From: Acidimicrobiia bacterium
GTDB lineage: Bacteria > Actinomycetota > Acidimicrobiia > Spongiisociales > ZC4RG35
NCBI GenBank assembly: GCA_036380875.1
Contig: DASVDX010000071.1
Coordinates: 4,041-68,040, forward strand
Reading direction: 5' to 3'
DNA length: 64,000 nt
Shown: positions 1-9,295 of the stretch, piece after piece
How the letters are laid out: each line of letters opens with the position of its first letter
Position numbering within the stretch: position 1 is the first letter of the stretch
Program-made: the position numbers and the translations under genes
The notes under the pieces: model-generated
Told to the model about the DNA's origin: nothing
The model's database searches: none
Seen by the model: the letters and a program-made list of their open reading frames with translations, nothing else

Positions 1-413
1 TCTACAGCCGCGAGGACGTCAATGCCATGGCGTTGGCCACTGCCTTCGCCCAAACGCTCGGCTCCATCTTCAGTCACGAGCTGAAGCCCTACGAGGTGGA
101 GATCCTCATCGCCGAGCTGGGGCAGGAAGGCGAGGAGAACAAGCTCTATCGGGTGTCGTACGACGGAACCCTCTCCGATGAACGGCATTTCGCCGCCATC
201 GGCGGCAAGGCGGAGGAGCTGGTAGCCGCACTGGAAGAGTTGTGGCGTCCCGGCTTGACCCTCCGTGAAGCGCTCGATATCGGCACGGAAGCCTTCCGGC
301 GGGCGGAGGAACGGGAGTCCGAGGGCTGGGAGCTGGTGGTTCTCGACGCCGCCAATGGGCGTCGGACCTTCCGGCGCCTGGACGAGAGCGAAATCCGCTC
401 ATCTGAGAACTGA
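1..413 (+). CDS. prcA: Proteasome subunit alpha, C-terminal part; the 5' end lies outside the window
   Basis: The frame is open from the window start. The C-terminal sequence (YEVEILIAEL...LYRVSYDGTLSDERHFAAIGG...WELVVLDAANGRRTFRRL) resembles the 20S proteasome alpha subunit. pafA lies immediately downstream, as in actinobacterial pupylation loci. Confidence 0.75.
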   Translation, partial: YSREDVNAMALATAFAQTLGSIFSHELKPYEVEILIAELGQEGEENKLYRVSYDGTLSDERHFAAIGGKAEELVAALEELWRPGLTLREALDIGTEAFRRAEERESEGWELVVLDAANGRRTFRRLDESEIRSSEN

Positions 414-460
414 GTCGATCGGTCAGTCCCGAAAGCGCCCGGTTCTCCTAGGCTGGCTAC

Positions 461-1816
461 GTGGAACGTAGGATCTTCGGCCTGGAGAACGAGTACGGGG
501 TCACCTGTACTCTCCGTGGCCAGCGCCGGCTGAGCCCCGACGAGGTCGCTCGCTACCTCTTCCGTCGGGTCGTGTCCTGGGGGCGGTCGTCCAACGTCTT
601 CTTGGAGAACGGCGCCCGCCTGTACCTCGACGTCGGCAGTCATCCCGAATACGCCACCCCGGAATGCGACTCGCTCACCGACGTGGTCGCCCACGACAAA
701 GCCGGCGAACGCATCCTCGAAGGTCTGGTCCATTCGGCCGAACAGCGCCTGGAAGAGGAGGGGATCCGGGGCGAGATCTATCTCTTCAAGAACAACACCG
801 ACTCGGCCGGGAACTCATACGGCTGTCACGAGAACTACCTCGTCAGCCGCCACAAGGACTTCCACCGCACCGTCGAGGTGCTCATCCCGTTCCTCGTCAC
901 CCGCCAGATATTCCTAGGCGCCGGGAAGCTGTCCCAGACCCCCCGCGGCACCGTCTATTCGCTGTCGCAGCGGGCCGAGCACATCTGGGAAGGCGTCTCC
1001 TCGGCGACGACGCGGTCGCGACCGATCATCAACACCCGGGACGAGCCCCACGCCGACGCCGAGCGGTTCCGACGCCTCCACGTGATCGCCGGCGACTCGA
1101 ACATGAGCGAGTACGCCACCTACGTGAAGATCGGGACCGTCGTCGCCCTTCTGCAGATGGTGGAACGGGATGTGGTGTTCCGGGACCTGACCCTCGAGAA
1201 CCCCATCCGGTCCATCCGGGACATCTCTCACGACCTGACGCTGAAGAAGAAGGTGCGTCTGGCCAACGGTCGGGAGCTCTCCGCTCTCGACATCCAATGG
1301 GAGTACCTCGATCGGGCGATGCGTTTTGCCCGCAGCCCCGGTTTCAGCCCTCAGGTCCAGCGCGCCGTTGACATGTGGGAGCACCTGCTCACCGGTCTCG
1401 AGAAGGACCCTTTGACTCTCGACAGGGAGGTCGACTGGGTCATCAAGTACAAGGTGCTGGAGCGCTACCGGGACCAGCGAGGACTGTCGATGTCCGATCC
1501 GCGGCTGGCGATGCTCGACCTGTCGTATCACGACGTCGACCGCACCCGGGGCGTCTACAACCTGATGGCGGGCAAGGGACTGGTCGATCGGGTCGTCACG
1601 GACGGCGACATCGCCAACGCCGTGCGGAACCCGCCGCAGACCACCCGGGCCCGCCTGCGGGGCGAGTTCATCCGGGTCGCCAAGGCCCGCAAGCGAGACT
1701 TCACCGTCGACTGGGTGCATTTGAAGCTCAACGACCAGGCGCAGCGCACGGTGCTGTGCAAGGACCCGTTCAAGTCCCACGACGAACGCGTCGACCGGCT
1801 CATCGAATCCCTCTGA
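461..1816 (+). CDS. pafA: Pup--protein ligase
   Basis: The N-terminus [10 protein letters not shown] and the block [42 protein letters not shown] are near-identical to mycobacterial PafA. It is 451 aa with a GTG start. Confidence 0.9.
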   Translation: MERRIFGLENEYGVTCTLRGQRRLSPDEVARYLFRRVVSWGRSSNVFLENGARLYLDVGSHPEYATPECDSLTDVVAHDKAGERILEGLVHSAEQRLEEEGIRGEIYLFKNNTDSAGNSYGCHENYLVSRHKDFHRTVEVLIPFLVTRQIFLGAGKLSQTPRGTVYSLSQRAEHIWEGVSSATTRSRPIINTRDEPHADAERFRRLHVIAGDSNMSEYATYVKIGTVVALLQMVERDVVFRDLTLENPIRSIRDISHDLTLKKKVRLANGRELSALDIQWEYLDRAMRFARSPGFSPQVQRAVDMWEHLLTGLEKDPLTLDREVDWVIKYKVLERYRDQRGLSMSDPRLAMLDLSYHDVDRTRGVYNLMAGKGLVDRVVTDGDIANAVRNPPQTTRARLRGEFIRVAKARKRDFTVDWVHLKLNDQAQRTVLCKDPFKSHDERVDRLIESL

Positions 1817-1885
1817 CAGTCGAACGAATCTGCCGACTGCCGACTCATCTCGCAATCGCACGGCGTGGACGTGGTTTCGGGTTGA

Positions 1886-2806
1886 ATGGTCGCGATGCGC
1901 AGGGTGATCGAGAGGCTTCTCAACCTCCTCGCCTTCCTCCTCACCACCCGCCGGCCGGTGACCGCCGACGAGATCCGCAATCAGGTCGCCGGCTACGGGG
2001 GTTCGAGCGACGAGGCCTTCCACCGGATGTTCGAACGCGACAAAGATCTGCTGCGGCGGATCGGCATCCCGATCGAACTCACGGACGGAAACGGCTGGGG
2101 CCTCGAGGCGGGTTACCTCATCGACCCCGACGCCTATCGTCTGCCCGATCCGGGCCTCACCGACGAGGAGCGGGCGGCGCTGGCGTTGGCGACCCGGGTG
2201 GTGCGCCTCGGAGGCGGCCCCGCCGCACCCGAAGGCCTCCTCAAGCTCGGTGGATTCGGACCGGGGGAGGGGTCGGAGCCTCTCGGCGCCGACTTGGGCC
2301 CAGCCGCCGATCGGCTCGGCGACCTGTTCTCGGCCGTGACCCAGCGCCGCAAGGTGACATTCACCTACCGGGGCAAGGAGAGACGAGTGGCCCCCTATGG
2401 TTTGGCCCACCGCCGTGGGCACTGGTACCTGGTCGGAGGTGTGGAAGGCGACATCCGTGTGTTCCGGGTCGATCGGATGGAGGGATCGACGGTCGACTCG
2501 GAGGCGGGGACATTCACCCGGCCTGAGGGGTTCTCCCTCCGCGCCGAAATCGACGCCCATCCTTGGGAGGCGGGAAGCGAGGAGCCGATCATCGCCAGGG
2601 TGCGGTTCGAGCCCGACATGGCTTGGTGGGCGGCGCGGACGCTCCAGGTCGAATACGAATCCGGGCCGCTGGAAGTCGAACTGCCGGTCTCGAACGTCGA
2701 CGCCTTCGTCGGCTGGATCCTCAGCTTCGATGATGCGGCCGTGGTGGTGTCGCCGCCTGAGCTCCGCGAACAGATCGTCCACCGAGTGGAAGCGGCGATC
2801 AGGTGA
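1886..2806 (+). CDS. pafB: WYL-domain transcriptional regulator PafB
   Basis: It has an N-terminal HTH (TTRRPVTADEIRNQVAGY) and a WYL-type C-terminus (HWYLVG). It follows pafA and overlaps pafC by 4 nt. Confidence 0.8.
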   Translation: MVAMRRVIERLLNLLAFLLTTRRPVTADEIRNQVAGYGGSSDEAFHRMFERDKDLLRRIGIPIELTDGNGWGLEAGYLIDPDAYRLPDPGLTDEERAALALATRVVRLGGGPAAPEGLLKLGGFGPGEGSEPLGADLGPAADRLGDLFSAVTQRRKVTFTYRGKERRVAPYGLAHRRGHWYLVGGVEGDIRVFRVDRMEGSTVDSEAGTFTRPEGFSLRAEIDAHPWEAGSEEPIIARVRFEPDMAWWAARTLQVEYESGPLEVELPVSNVDAFVGWILSFDDAAVVVSPPELREQIVHRVEAAIR

Positions 2807-3729
2807 GCAACCGCACCGCCTTCCGGCTGACCCGCATCCTCGCCATGCTGCCGTGGGTGATCGCCAACCCGGGAGCGACGATCGACGAGGTCTGCGAGCG
2901 GTTCGGGTACAAGGACCACGAGGACCTCGCTCGTGACCTCGATGTCGTGTTCGTCTGCGGGCTCCCCGGCTACGGCCCCGGCGACCTCATGGTCGCCTAC
3001 ATCGACGACGACGAGGTGGTGGTCGATGCCGCCGACTACTTCGGGCGAGCCCCCCGGCTCACACCGACCGAAGCGCTGTCGATGCTCGCCGCCGGCATGG
3101 CCGTGCTGTCGTCTGGACTGGGCAGCCCGGCGTTGGAGTCGGCCGTCGACAAGCTGGCGTCCACCGTCGCACCCGACACCGACGGCCTCGCTGTGGACGT
3201 GCCCGCCGAGCCCGACCTCGTCGGCCCTCTGAGGGAGGCGGCGGCCTCGCAGCGGGTGGTCGAGATCACCTACACGTCACTGTCCCGGGGAGAGACCACT
3301 CGCCGGGCGGTGGAGCCGTGGGTCGTATTCGCCTCCTTGGGAAACTGGTACGTCACGGGGTATTGCCGTCTGGCACAGGCAGAGCGGGTGTTCCGGGTCG
3401 ATCGCATCCGCGATCTGGAGGTCACGGGAGAGACGTTCGACCCGCCTCCCGAACGCCCCGACCCGGAGGTCCGCTACACGCCTTCCGAAGACGACGTGCG
3501 CTGCCGGATCGCCCTCGCCCCGGCTGCCCGCTGGGTTCTCGACTACTACCCCGTGGACGTCGTCTCCGATGACGGAGAGGAAGTCGTGATCGAGTTCTCC
3601 GCCGCCGACCCCTCTGTGGCGGCACGGCTGCTGCTGCGTCTCGGCGACCGGGCTCGCCTGCTGGAAGGCGACGAAGTGCGCTCCTCCCTCAGGGATCTGG
3701 GGGAGCGGATCCTCGCCCGGTACCGCTGA
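2803..3729 (+). CDS. pafC: WYL-domain transcriptional regulator PafC
   Basis: It is a paralog of the preceding ORF, with a similar HTH and a WYL-like segment (NWYVTGYC). It occupies the canonical pafABC position. Confidence 0.8.
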   Translation: MSNRTAFRLTRILAMLPWVIANPGATIDEVCERFGYKDHEDLARDLDVVFVCGLPGYGPGDLMVAYIDDDEVVVDAADYFGRAPRLTPTEALSMLAAGMAVLSSGLGSPALESAVDKLASTVAPDTDGLAVDVPAEPDLVGPLREAAASQRVVEITYTSLSRGETTRRAVEPWVVFASLGNWYVTGYCRLAQAERVFRVDRIRDLEVTGETFDPPPERPDPEVRYTPSEDDVRCRIALAPAARWVLDYYPVDVVSDDGEEVVIEFSAADPSVAARLLLRLGDRARLLEGDEVRSSLRDLGERILARYR

Positions 3730-3811
3730 CCTATCTCGCTTCAGTTCTCTTCAGTTATGGGCTGCACCGGTCGATAGATGGTGGACAGCGGAGTGTGGAG
3801 TAAACACCAGA

Positions 3812-4102
3812 ATGACCACCATCAAGACGACATGTTCACGATGCGGCGACGTCCACCTCACTCCCGGCGATATCGCCCTCGAACTCACCTCGTCTACTGA
3901 CGAGGGCGTCTACACGTTCACGTGCCCTCTGTGTCATGAACACCAGCGGCGCCCCGCCAACGCTCGTGTCGTGTCGGTCCTGTTGGCGACGGGTGTCGCC
4001 TATCGGATGATCGAAGACGGGCCCATCACTGAAGACGAGATCGCCCGCTTCGCGGCCGCCCTCGACGCCGAGCCCGATCCCTTCCGACTTCTCGCAGGCT
4101 GA
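3812..4102 (+). CDS. Small C4 zinc-ribbon protein of unknown function
   Basis: It is a 96-aa ORF with CxxC (CSRCG) and CPLC motifs about 27 aa apart. Codon usage looks good, and it sits between pafC and tatA. Confidence 0.55.
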   Translation: MTTIKTTCSRCGDVHLTPGDIALELTSSTDEGVYTFTCPLCHEHQRRPANARVVSVLLATGVAYRMIEDGPITEDEIARFAAALDAEPDPFRLLAG

Positions 4103-4187
4103 CCTCTTCGAGCATCGATCTCGGCTACTGAACCCTTGCCAGGTCGCCCGCGGGCTCGGTTGGGCGGGGGATCCCTACCATTAGCTC

Positions 4188-4595
4188 ATGCTTCAGGGCG
4201 GCGAGATCATCATCATCCTGCTCGTGGCCCTGGTCGTGCTGGGACCACAGCGCCTACCCGAGGTCGCTCGCAAGATCGGGCAATGGTCGGCGGAGCTGCG
4301 TCAGGCCGCCCGCGAGCTGCGCAGTGGCCTCGAAAAAGAGGTGGCCGAGCTGCGCGAGCTCAAACAGGAGATGAGCCAGCCGCTCGAAGACCTGCGCAAA
4401 GACCTCGACGAGGTTTCGAAAGAAGTCGACCAGGTGAGCGGCGAAGTCCGACGTCTGAAGTGGGTCGGACCCGAGCCGAAGTCCGGGCCCACCCCGGCTG
4501 ACGCCCTCTCCGACCTCGACGAGATCGAAGGCAAGCGGTCGGACGACCGGCCGGGGGACGAAACAGAACAGGCCGACGGGGACGAACAGGCGTGA
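4188..4595 (+). CDS. tatA: Sec-independent translocase subunit TatA/TatB
   Basis: The N-terminal TM segment and amphipathic helix (GGEIIIILLVALVVLGPQRLPEVARKIG) give a Tat signature. The C-terminus is charged, and tatC follows. Confidence 0.85.
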   Translation: MLQGGEIIIILLVALVVLGPQRLPEVARKIGQWSAELRQAARELRSGLEKEVAELRELKQEMSQPLEDLRKDLDEVSKEVDQVSGEVRRLKWVGPEPKSGPTPADALSDLDEIEGKRSDDRPGDETEQADGDEQA

Positions 4596-5305
4596 AGCCA
4601 GACGAGGCTCGTCCCATCCTGGACCACCTCGAAGAACTGAGGTGGCGGGTCGTCAAAGCCGGTGCGGCGGTGCTCGTGGCCGCCGTCATCGCCTTCTTCT
4701 TCGCCGACCAGCTCCGTCACCTGCTCGAGCTGCCGTTCCACCGCGCCCAGCCGGACAGCCAGTTCCAGGTCATCACCCCCGCCGAGCAATGGGGTGTGCT
4801 CATGAGGATCGCCTTCTTCGGCGGCCTCGTCCTGGCCAGCCCGGTCGTGTTGTATCAGACCTGGGCGTTCATCAACCCGGCCTTGACCCAGAAGGAGCGA
4901 CGGTGGGCCGTGCCGCTGGTCGCCACCATGGTCCTGCTGTTCTGTGCCGGGCTGGTCTTCGGGTACTGGGTCTTGCCGCGAGGGCTGGCGTTCCTCCTCG
5001 ACATCTTCCCCGACGTGCGCAACGACCTGCGGCTGTCGGACTACTACTCGTTCGTCCTTCGATTCCTCTTCGCGTTCGGGTGCTCGTTCCTATACCCCGT
5101 GTTCGTGTTCGCCGCCGCCGCGGCGGAACTCGTCACCTCAGAGCAGCTCGCCAAAGGCCGGCGTTGGGCGGTGCTGGTCGTCGTGATTGCGGCAGCGGTC
5201 ATCACCCCCACTGGCGACGCCCTCACCCTGGGCCTGCTCGCCGGCCCTCTCTATCTGATGTATGAGATCACCTACTGGGTGGTACGCCTGATCCTCCGCA
5301 AGTGA
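4592..5305 (+). CDS. tatC: Sec-independent translocase subunit TatC
   Basis: It has HLEELRWR near the N-terminus and is polytopic (6 TM predicted). It overlaps the tatA stop and precedes helY, as in mycobacteria. Confidence 0.85.
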   Translation: MKPDEARPILDHLEELRWRVVKAGAAVLVAAVIAFFFADQLRHLLELPFHRAQPDSQFQVITPAEQWGVLMRIAFFGGLVLASPVVLYQTWAFINPALTQKERRWAVPLVATMVLLFCAGLVFGYWVLPRGLAFLLDIFPDVRNDLRLSDYYSFVLRFLFAFGCSFLYPVFVFAAAAAELVTSEQLAKGRRWAVLVVVIAAAVITPTGDALTLGLLAGPLYLMYEITYWVVRLILRK

Positions 5306-7836
5306 CCGTCGAATCCTTCTTCCGGGACCTGCCCTTCACTCCGGACCCGTTCCAGGTGGAGGCCGCCGAATCGATCGCCTCGGGGCGGTCGGTCGTGGTC
5401 ACCGCGCCCACCGGGGCCGGGAAGACCCTGGTCGCGGAAGTGGCCGTGCACCTGGCCCTGGAACGCGGGCGGCGGGCCTTCTACACGACTCCGATCAAGG
5501 CCCTGTCCAACCAGAAATACGGAGACCTCGTCGACCAGTACGGCCCGCATCGTGTCGGCCTCCTCACCGGCGACAACGTGATCAACGGGTCCGCCGACGT
5601 CGTCGTCATGACCACCGAGGTGCTCAGAAACATGATCTACGCCGACGCTCCCAGCCTCGACGACGTCGGCGTCGTGATCCTCGACGAAGTCCATTACCTC
5701 CAGGACCCGTTCCGCGGGGCTGTGTGGGAGGAGGTGATCATCCACGCCCCGCGCCACATCCAGATGGTCGCCCTGTCGGCGACGATCGCCAACGCTGTGG
5801 AGTTCTCCGAATGGATCGAATCGCGGCGCGGCCCGACCGACCTGGTCGTCGCCGACGAACGGCCGGTCCCGCTCGAAGGCCTCTACATGATCAAGGACCG
5901 GTACAGCCAGGAGATCTTCCTCCTCCCGACCTTCGTCGAACGGGAGGGGCGGCGCCGTTCCAACCCGCGGATCAGACGCATGCTCAGCCTCGACCGTGGG
6001 AGGGCGCGACGGTTCACGACTCCTCGCCGCCCCGAGGTGATCGAGGCGCTGTGGGAGGCGGACATGCTGCCCGCCCTGTACTTCATCTTCTCCCGGGCGG
6101 GCTGCGACGCCGCCGCGCTGTCGATCCTCGAGTGGGGGATCCGGCTGACGACCCCTGACCAACGCGAGGAGATCCGGCGCATCGCCGAAGAACGGACCGC
6201 CCACCTGTCGGATGCCGATCTGGCAGTCCTCGGATGGGACCGCTGGATCGCCGGGCTCGAGGCCGGGGTGGCCGCCCATCACGCCGGGATGGTGCCGGCG
6301 TTCAAGGAGACGGTGGAGGAGTTGTTCGCCAAGGGCTACCTGGGAGTGGTCTTCGCCACCGAGACTCTCGCCCTCGGCATCAACATGCCCGCCCGTACCG
6401 TCGTCCTGGAGAGTCTCACCAAGTTCACCGGCGAGACCCACGAGATGATGCAGGCGGGCGACTACACCCAGCTCACCGGTCGGGCGGGACGGCGTGGCAT
6501 CGACGACGTGGGCTACGGTGTCGTCCTCCACTCCCGCTACGTCCCGTTCGAGGAGGTGACCGAGATCGCCGCCGCCGGCAGCCATCCGCTGCTCTCGAGC
6601 TTCCGGCCGACCTACAACATGGCGGCCAACCTGGTGGCGAACTACGACGAACGTCGCGCCGTCGAGCTGCTCGAAGCATCGTTCGGCCAGTTCCAGCGAC
6701 ACGGCGATGTCAGCGAGACCGTGCATCGCCTGGAGACGCTCGAGCGTCGTTTGACGGAGGAACGCAAGAAGGCCGACTGCGAGCTCGGGTCGGTGGCCGA
6801 ATACGCCGAGCTTCTCCAGGGAGGAGGAGGCGATGGCCAGCGCGGTCTGACGGGGTCGCTCCGGCCCGGGGACGTCATCGACGTCCCGTCGGGACCCCGG
6901 GCCGGCCGGTACGCCGTTCTCAAGCTGCTGCACCGTCCCGAAGGAAAGCCCCGGCTTCTCGTGCTCGGCACATCCGGGCGAGTTTCCACGATCGGCTCCC
7001 GGGACGTGGTCGCAGGATCCCGCCGGGCCGGGACCATCGAGCTCCCGACACCTTTCCGTCCTCGGGACCGCCGTTTCCGTCAGGACGCCCTCCGCTCCCT
7101 ACGCCGGGTTCCCACCGCCACCAAACGCCGGCGGGGCGATGTCGCCGACCAGCCCCGCCACCCCGTCGCCGCCTGCCCCGACGCCGAGGAGCACGTGAAA
7201 TGGCACCGCCGTGCCCAGCGCACCGAGCGCCGCATCGCCCAGCTCCGGGAGCACCTGCGTCACCAGGGCCACGGGCTCGTCGGTGAGTTCGAGGCGATCC
7301 GCACACTCCTCGCTCACTGGGACTATCTGAGTGAGTGGAAGCTGACACCCCGGGGGGAGCGTCTGAGGTTCATCTACAACGAGCTCGACTTGCTGCTCTG
7401 TGAGGCGACCGAGCGCGGGCTGCTGTGGGGCATGGACGCCCGGGAGCTGGCCGCCTTCTGCTCCACCTTCGTCTACGAGCCGCGGCGCGAGGAGAGCGGC
7501 GTGCCGGCGTGGCCGACCGCCCTCCTCGCCGAGCGCTGGGAGGCCCTCGAGGATCTGTGGAAGGAACTGGTCGACGCCGAGCGGGAGCTTCGTCTTCCGC
7601 TCACCCGGCATCCCGACCCGGGTGTCGCCCGGGCGGTCTACGACTGGGCCGCGGGGGCAGAGTTCGAGGACCTGCCGGATCGCTCGATGGCGCCGGGGGA
7701 CTTCGTGCGGGTCACGCGCCAGCTGGTCGATCTGATACGCCAACTGCGAGAAGCCGTGCCAGAGATCGCCGATGTGGCCAGCGAGGCGCTGCGCAGCATC
7801 GATAGGGGGGTCGTCGCCGCTCAGGGCGTCGCCTGA
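5302..7836 (+). CDS. helY: Ski2-like DEAD/DEAH-box helicase
   Basis: It carries Walker A (APTGAGKT) and DEVH motifs, with helicase C and DSHCT-like C-terminal regions. It is 844 aa and follows tatC as in mycobacteria. Confidence 0.85.
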   Translation: MTVESFFRDLPFTPDPFQVEAAESIASGRSVVVTAPTGAGKTLVAEVAVHLALERGRRAFYTTPIKALSNQKYGDLVDQYGPHRVGLLTGDNVINGSADVVVMTTEVLRNMIYADAPSLDDVGVVILDEVHYLQDPFRGAVWEEVIIHAPRHIQMVALSATIANAVEFSEWIESRRGPTDLVVADERPVPLEGLYMIKDRYSQEIFLLPTFVEREGRRRSNPRIRRMLSLDRGRARRFTTPRRPEVIEALWEADMLPALYFIFSRAGCDAAALSILEWGIRLTTPDQREEIRRIAEERTAHLSDADLAVLGWDRWIAGLEAGVAAHHAGMVPAFKETVEELFAKGYLGVVFATETLALGINMPARTVVLESLTKFTGETHEMMQAGDYTQLTGRAGRRGIDDVGYGVVLHSRYVPFEEVTEIAAAGSHPLLSSFRPTYNMAANLVANYDERRAVELLEASFGQFQRHGDVSETVHRLETLERRLTEERKKADCELGSVAEYAELLQGGGGDGQRGLTGSLRPGDVIDVPSGPRAGRYAVLKLLHRPEGKPRLLVLGTSGRVSTIGSRDVVAGSRRAGTIELPTPFRPRDRRFRQDALRSLRRVPTATKRRRGDVADQPRHPVAACPDAEEHVKWHRRAQRTERRIAQLREHLRHQGHGLVGEFEAIRTLLAHWDYLSEWKLTPRGERLRFIYNELDLLLCEATERGLLWGMDARELAAFCSTFVYEPRREESGVPAWPTALLAERWEALEDLWKELVDAERELRLPLTRHPDPGVARAVYDWAAGAEFEDLPDRSMAPGDFVRVTRQLVDLIRQLREAVPEIADVASEALRSIDRGVVAAQGVA

Positions 7837-8711
7837 TGGGCTGGGTCGTGGCCATAAACCCGGCCGCCGGCCCCAAGCCCGTCTCGAGGGAGCGGGTGGC
7901 TCGGGCGCTGGCCGAGGCGGGTGTGGAAGCCGACATCGAGGTCCCTCCCGACTTGGCGAGCATGCGGGCGGTGCTGGTGGCCGCGGCCAACTCCGACCGG
8001 CTGGCGATAGTGGGTGGCGACGGGACCGTCAGCCTGGCTGTCGACACGCTGGTGGGTACGGGGAGCGAGCGACTCCCGATCCTCGGCGTATTGCCATCGG
8101 GGACCGGGTGCGACCTGCTCCGAACGTTCGGAATCCCCCAGGTGCTGGAGGAAGCCGCTCATCATCTTCGTGGTGATTCGGTCTATGGGGTCGATGTCGG
8201 CGAGTTGAAGGGGTCGTGGGGGACACGACGCTTCGTCAATGTCGGCGAGGCAGGGATCGGGGCGGCCGCCGTGGAGGTCGCCAACCGACTGCCCCGGCGT
8301 CTGGGGGCCAATCGATACATCGTGTCGTTCGGGGTGCGGCTTCCGGGGTTTCCGGCGACCGACATCCGGCTCGAGACCGACCGGCGCACCATCGAGGGCC
8401 GGGCACTGGCGGTCATCTTCGCCAACGCCCAGTTCTTCGCCGGAGGGTGGAACATCGCCCCCAAGGCGATGCTCGTCGACGGCAAGTTCGACGTGCAGGT
8501 GATCGACGTCAAGAAGACCGCCGCTCCGAAGCTCATCCCCAAGGTGATGCGGGGCCTGCACCTGGGAGAGAAGGGAGTGACCCGGACCAGCTCCTCGTGG
8601 TTCCGGCTCGAGACCGCCGATCCGTGGCCGATCGAGGCGGACGGTGACCCCATCGGGAATACTCCGGTCGAAGGACGTGTTCTCCCCGCAGCTATCCGTT
8701 TGAAGATCTGA
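7836..8711 (+). CDS. Diacylglycerol-kinase catalytic-domain lipid kinase (YegS/BmrU-like)
   Basis: The GGDGT motif (AIVGGDGTVS) and overall DAGK_cat architecture support the call. Confidence 0.7.
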   Translation: MGWVVAINPAAGPKPVSRERVARALAEAGVEADIEVPPDLASMRAVLVAAANSDRLAIVGGDGTVSLAVDTLVGTGSERLPILGVLPSGTGCDLLRTFGIPQVLEEAAHHLRGDSVYGVDVGELKGSWGTRRFVNVGEAGIGAAAVEVANRLPRRLGANRYIVSFGVRLPGFPATDIRLETDRRTIEGRALAVIFANAQFFAGGWNIAPKAMLVDGKFDVQVIDVKKTAAPKLIPKVMRGLHLGEKGVTRTSSSWFRLETADPWPIEADGDPIGNTPVEGRVLPAAIRLKI

Positions 8712-8738
8712 ATGAAGCAAGTCGTTTGAAGATCTGAA
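8697..8738. repeat. Tandem direct repeat CGTTTGAAGATCTGAA x2, copies 26 nt apart
   Basis: The exact 16-mer occurs at 8697-8712 and 8723-8738. The first copy overlaps the stop of the lipid-kinase gene. Both lie in the AT-richer gap upstream of the acidic-protein gene. Confidence 0.8.
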
Positions 8739-8809
8739 CACGAGGAACTAGAGCGGCGGTGGCGTCCTATACTCGCCGCCGCCCGGATCCCAGGGGGCAG
8801 AAGAAGGAC

Positions 8810-9295
8810 ATGACTACCGAAGAGCTCGACGAGTTCGACGAGCAGGAACCCGAAGAAGATTTCGACGACGTCGACATCGATCTGGCCGATGATGTCGACC
8901 TCGAAGAGGACATCGACGAGGACGTCGACGTAGATGTCGATGTCGACGTGGATCTAGACGAGGAACTGGACGAGGTCGTCGACGACGACGCGATCGAACC
9001 CGCCTTCGAAGACGACTTCGACGAAGACGAGGAAGAGGACGAAGAAGACGACGAGGAGGCGCTGGACGAACTCGAGGCGGAGGAGCTCGAGCTCCTCGAC
9101 GAGGAGGTAGAAGACGCGTTGCTCGTCGATGAGGTCGCCGAGCTGCGTGCCATCCGTCGCGAAGAGCTGACGCTCAACGTCGACGCCCAGGAGCAGCGTC
9201 CCGACGAGTTCGTCTGCCAGTCCTGCTTCCTGGTGAAGCGGAGCAGCCAGCTCGCCAATCGCCGGAAGCTGATCTGCCTCGATTGTGCCTCATGA
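8810..9295 (+). CDS. Highly acidic DUF4193-like protein with a C-terminal Cys motif
   Basis: The body is D/E-rich, with runs such as DVDVDVDVD and EEDEEDDEE. The C-terminus reads FVCQSCFLVKRSSQLA...LICLDCAS, which I recall as typical of DUF4193. I prefer the ATG at 8810, which has an upstream AAGGA; the ORF is open from 8759. Confidence 0.6.
   Translation: MTTEELDEFDEQEPEEDFDDVDIDLADDVDLEEDIDEDVDVDVDVDVDLDEELDEVVDDDAIEPAFEDDFDEDEEEDEEDDEEALDELEAEELELLDEEVEDALLVDEVAELRAIRREELTLNVDAQEQRPDEFVCQSCFLVKRSSQLANRRKLICLDCAS

Noticed and set aside
664-1371. + strand alternative-frame ORFs inside pafA, helY, recN and others, e.g. 6234-7286 (350 aa).
   Set aside because: They are overlapping frames of recognised genes, and their composition is dominated by R/P/G/A.
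914-2782. 622-aa minus-strand ORF antisense to pafA/pafB. Similar long antisense ORFs occur at 5272-6933, 17693-19486, 19727-21304, 24078-24827 and 58070-58936.
   Set aside because: They are Arg/Pro/Gly-rich with no motifs, and they lie exactly opposite well-supported conserved genes. This is the classic stop-codon-poor antisense artefact of high-GC DNA.
8860-9120. Repetitive GAC/GAG/GTC codon tract that could be mistaken for a DNA tandem repeat or CRISPR-like array.
   Set aside because: The periodicity is 3 nt and in frame. It encodes the D/E-rich body of the acidic protein, and there are no spacer/repeat units.
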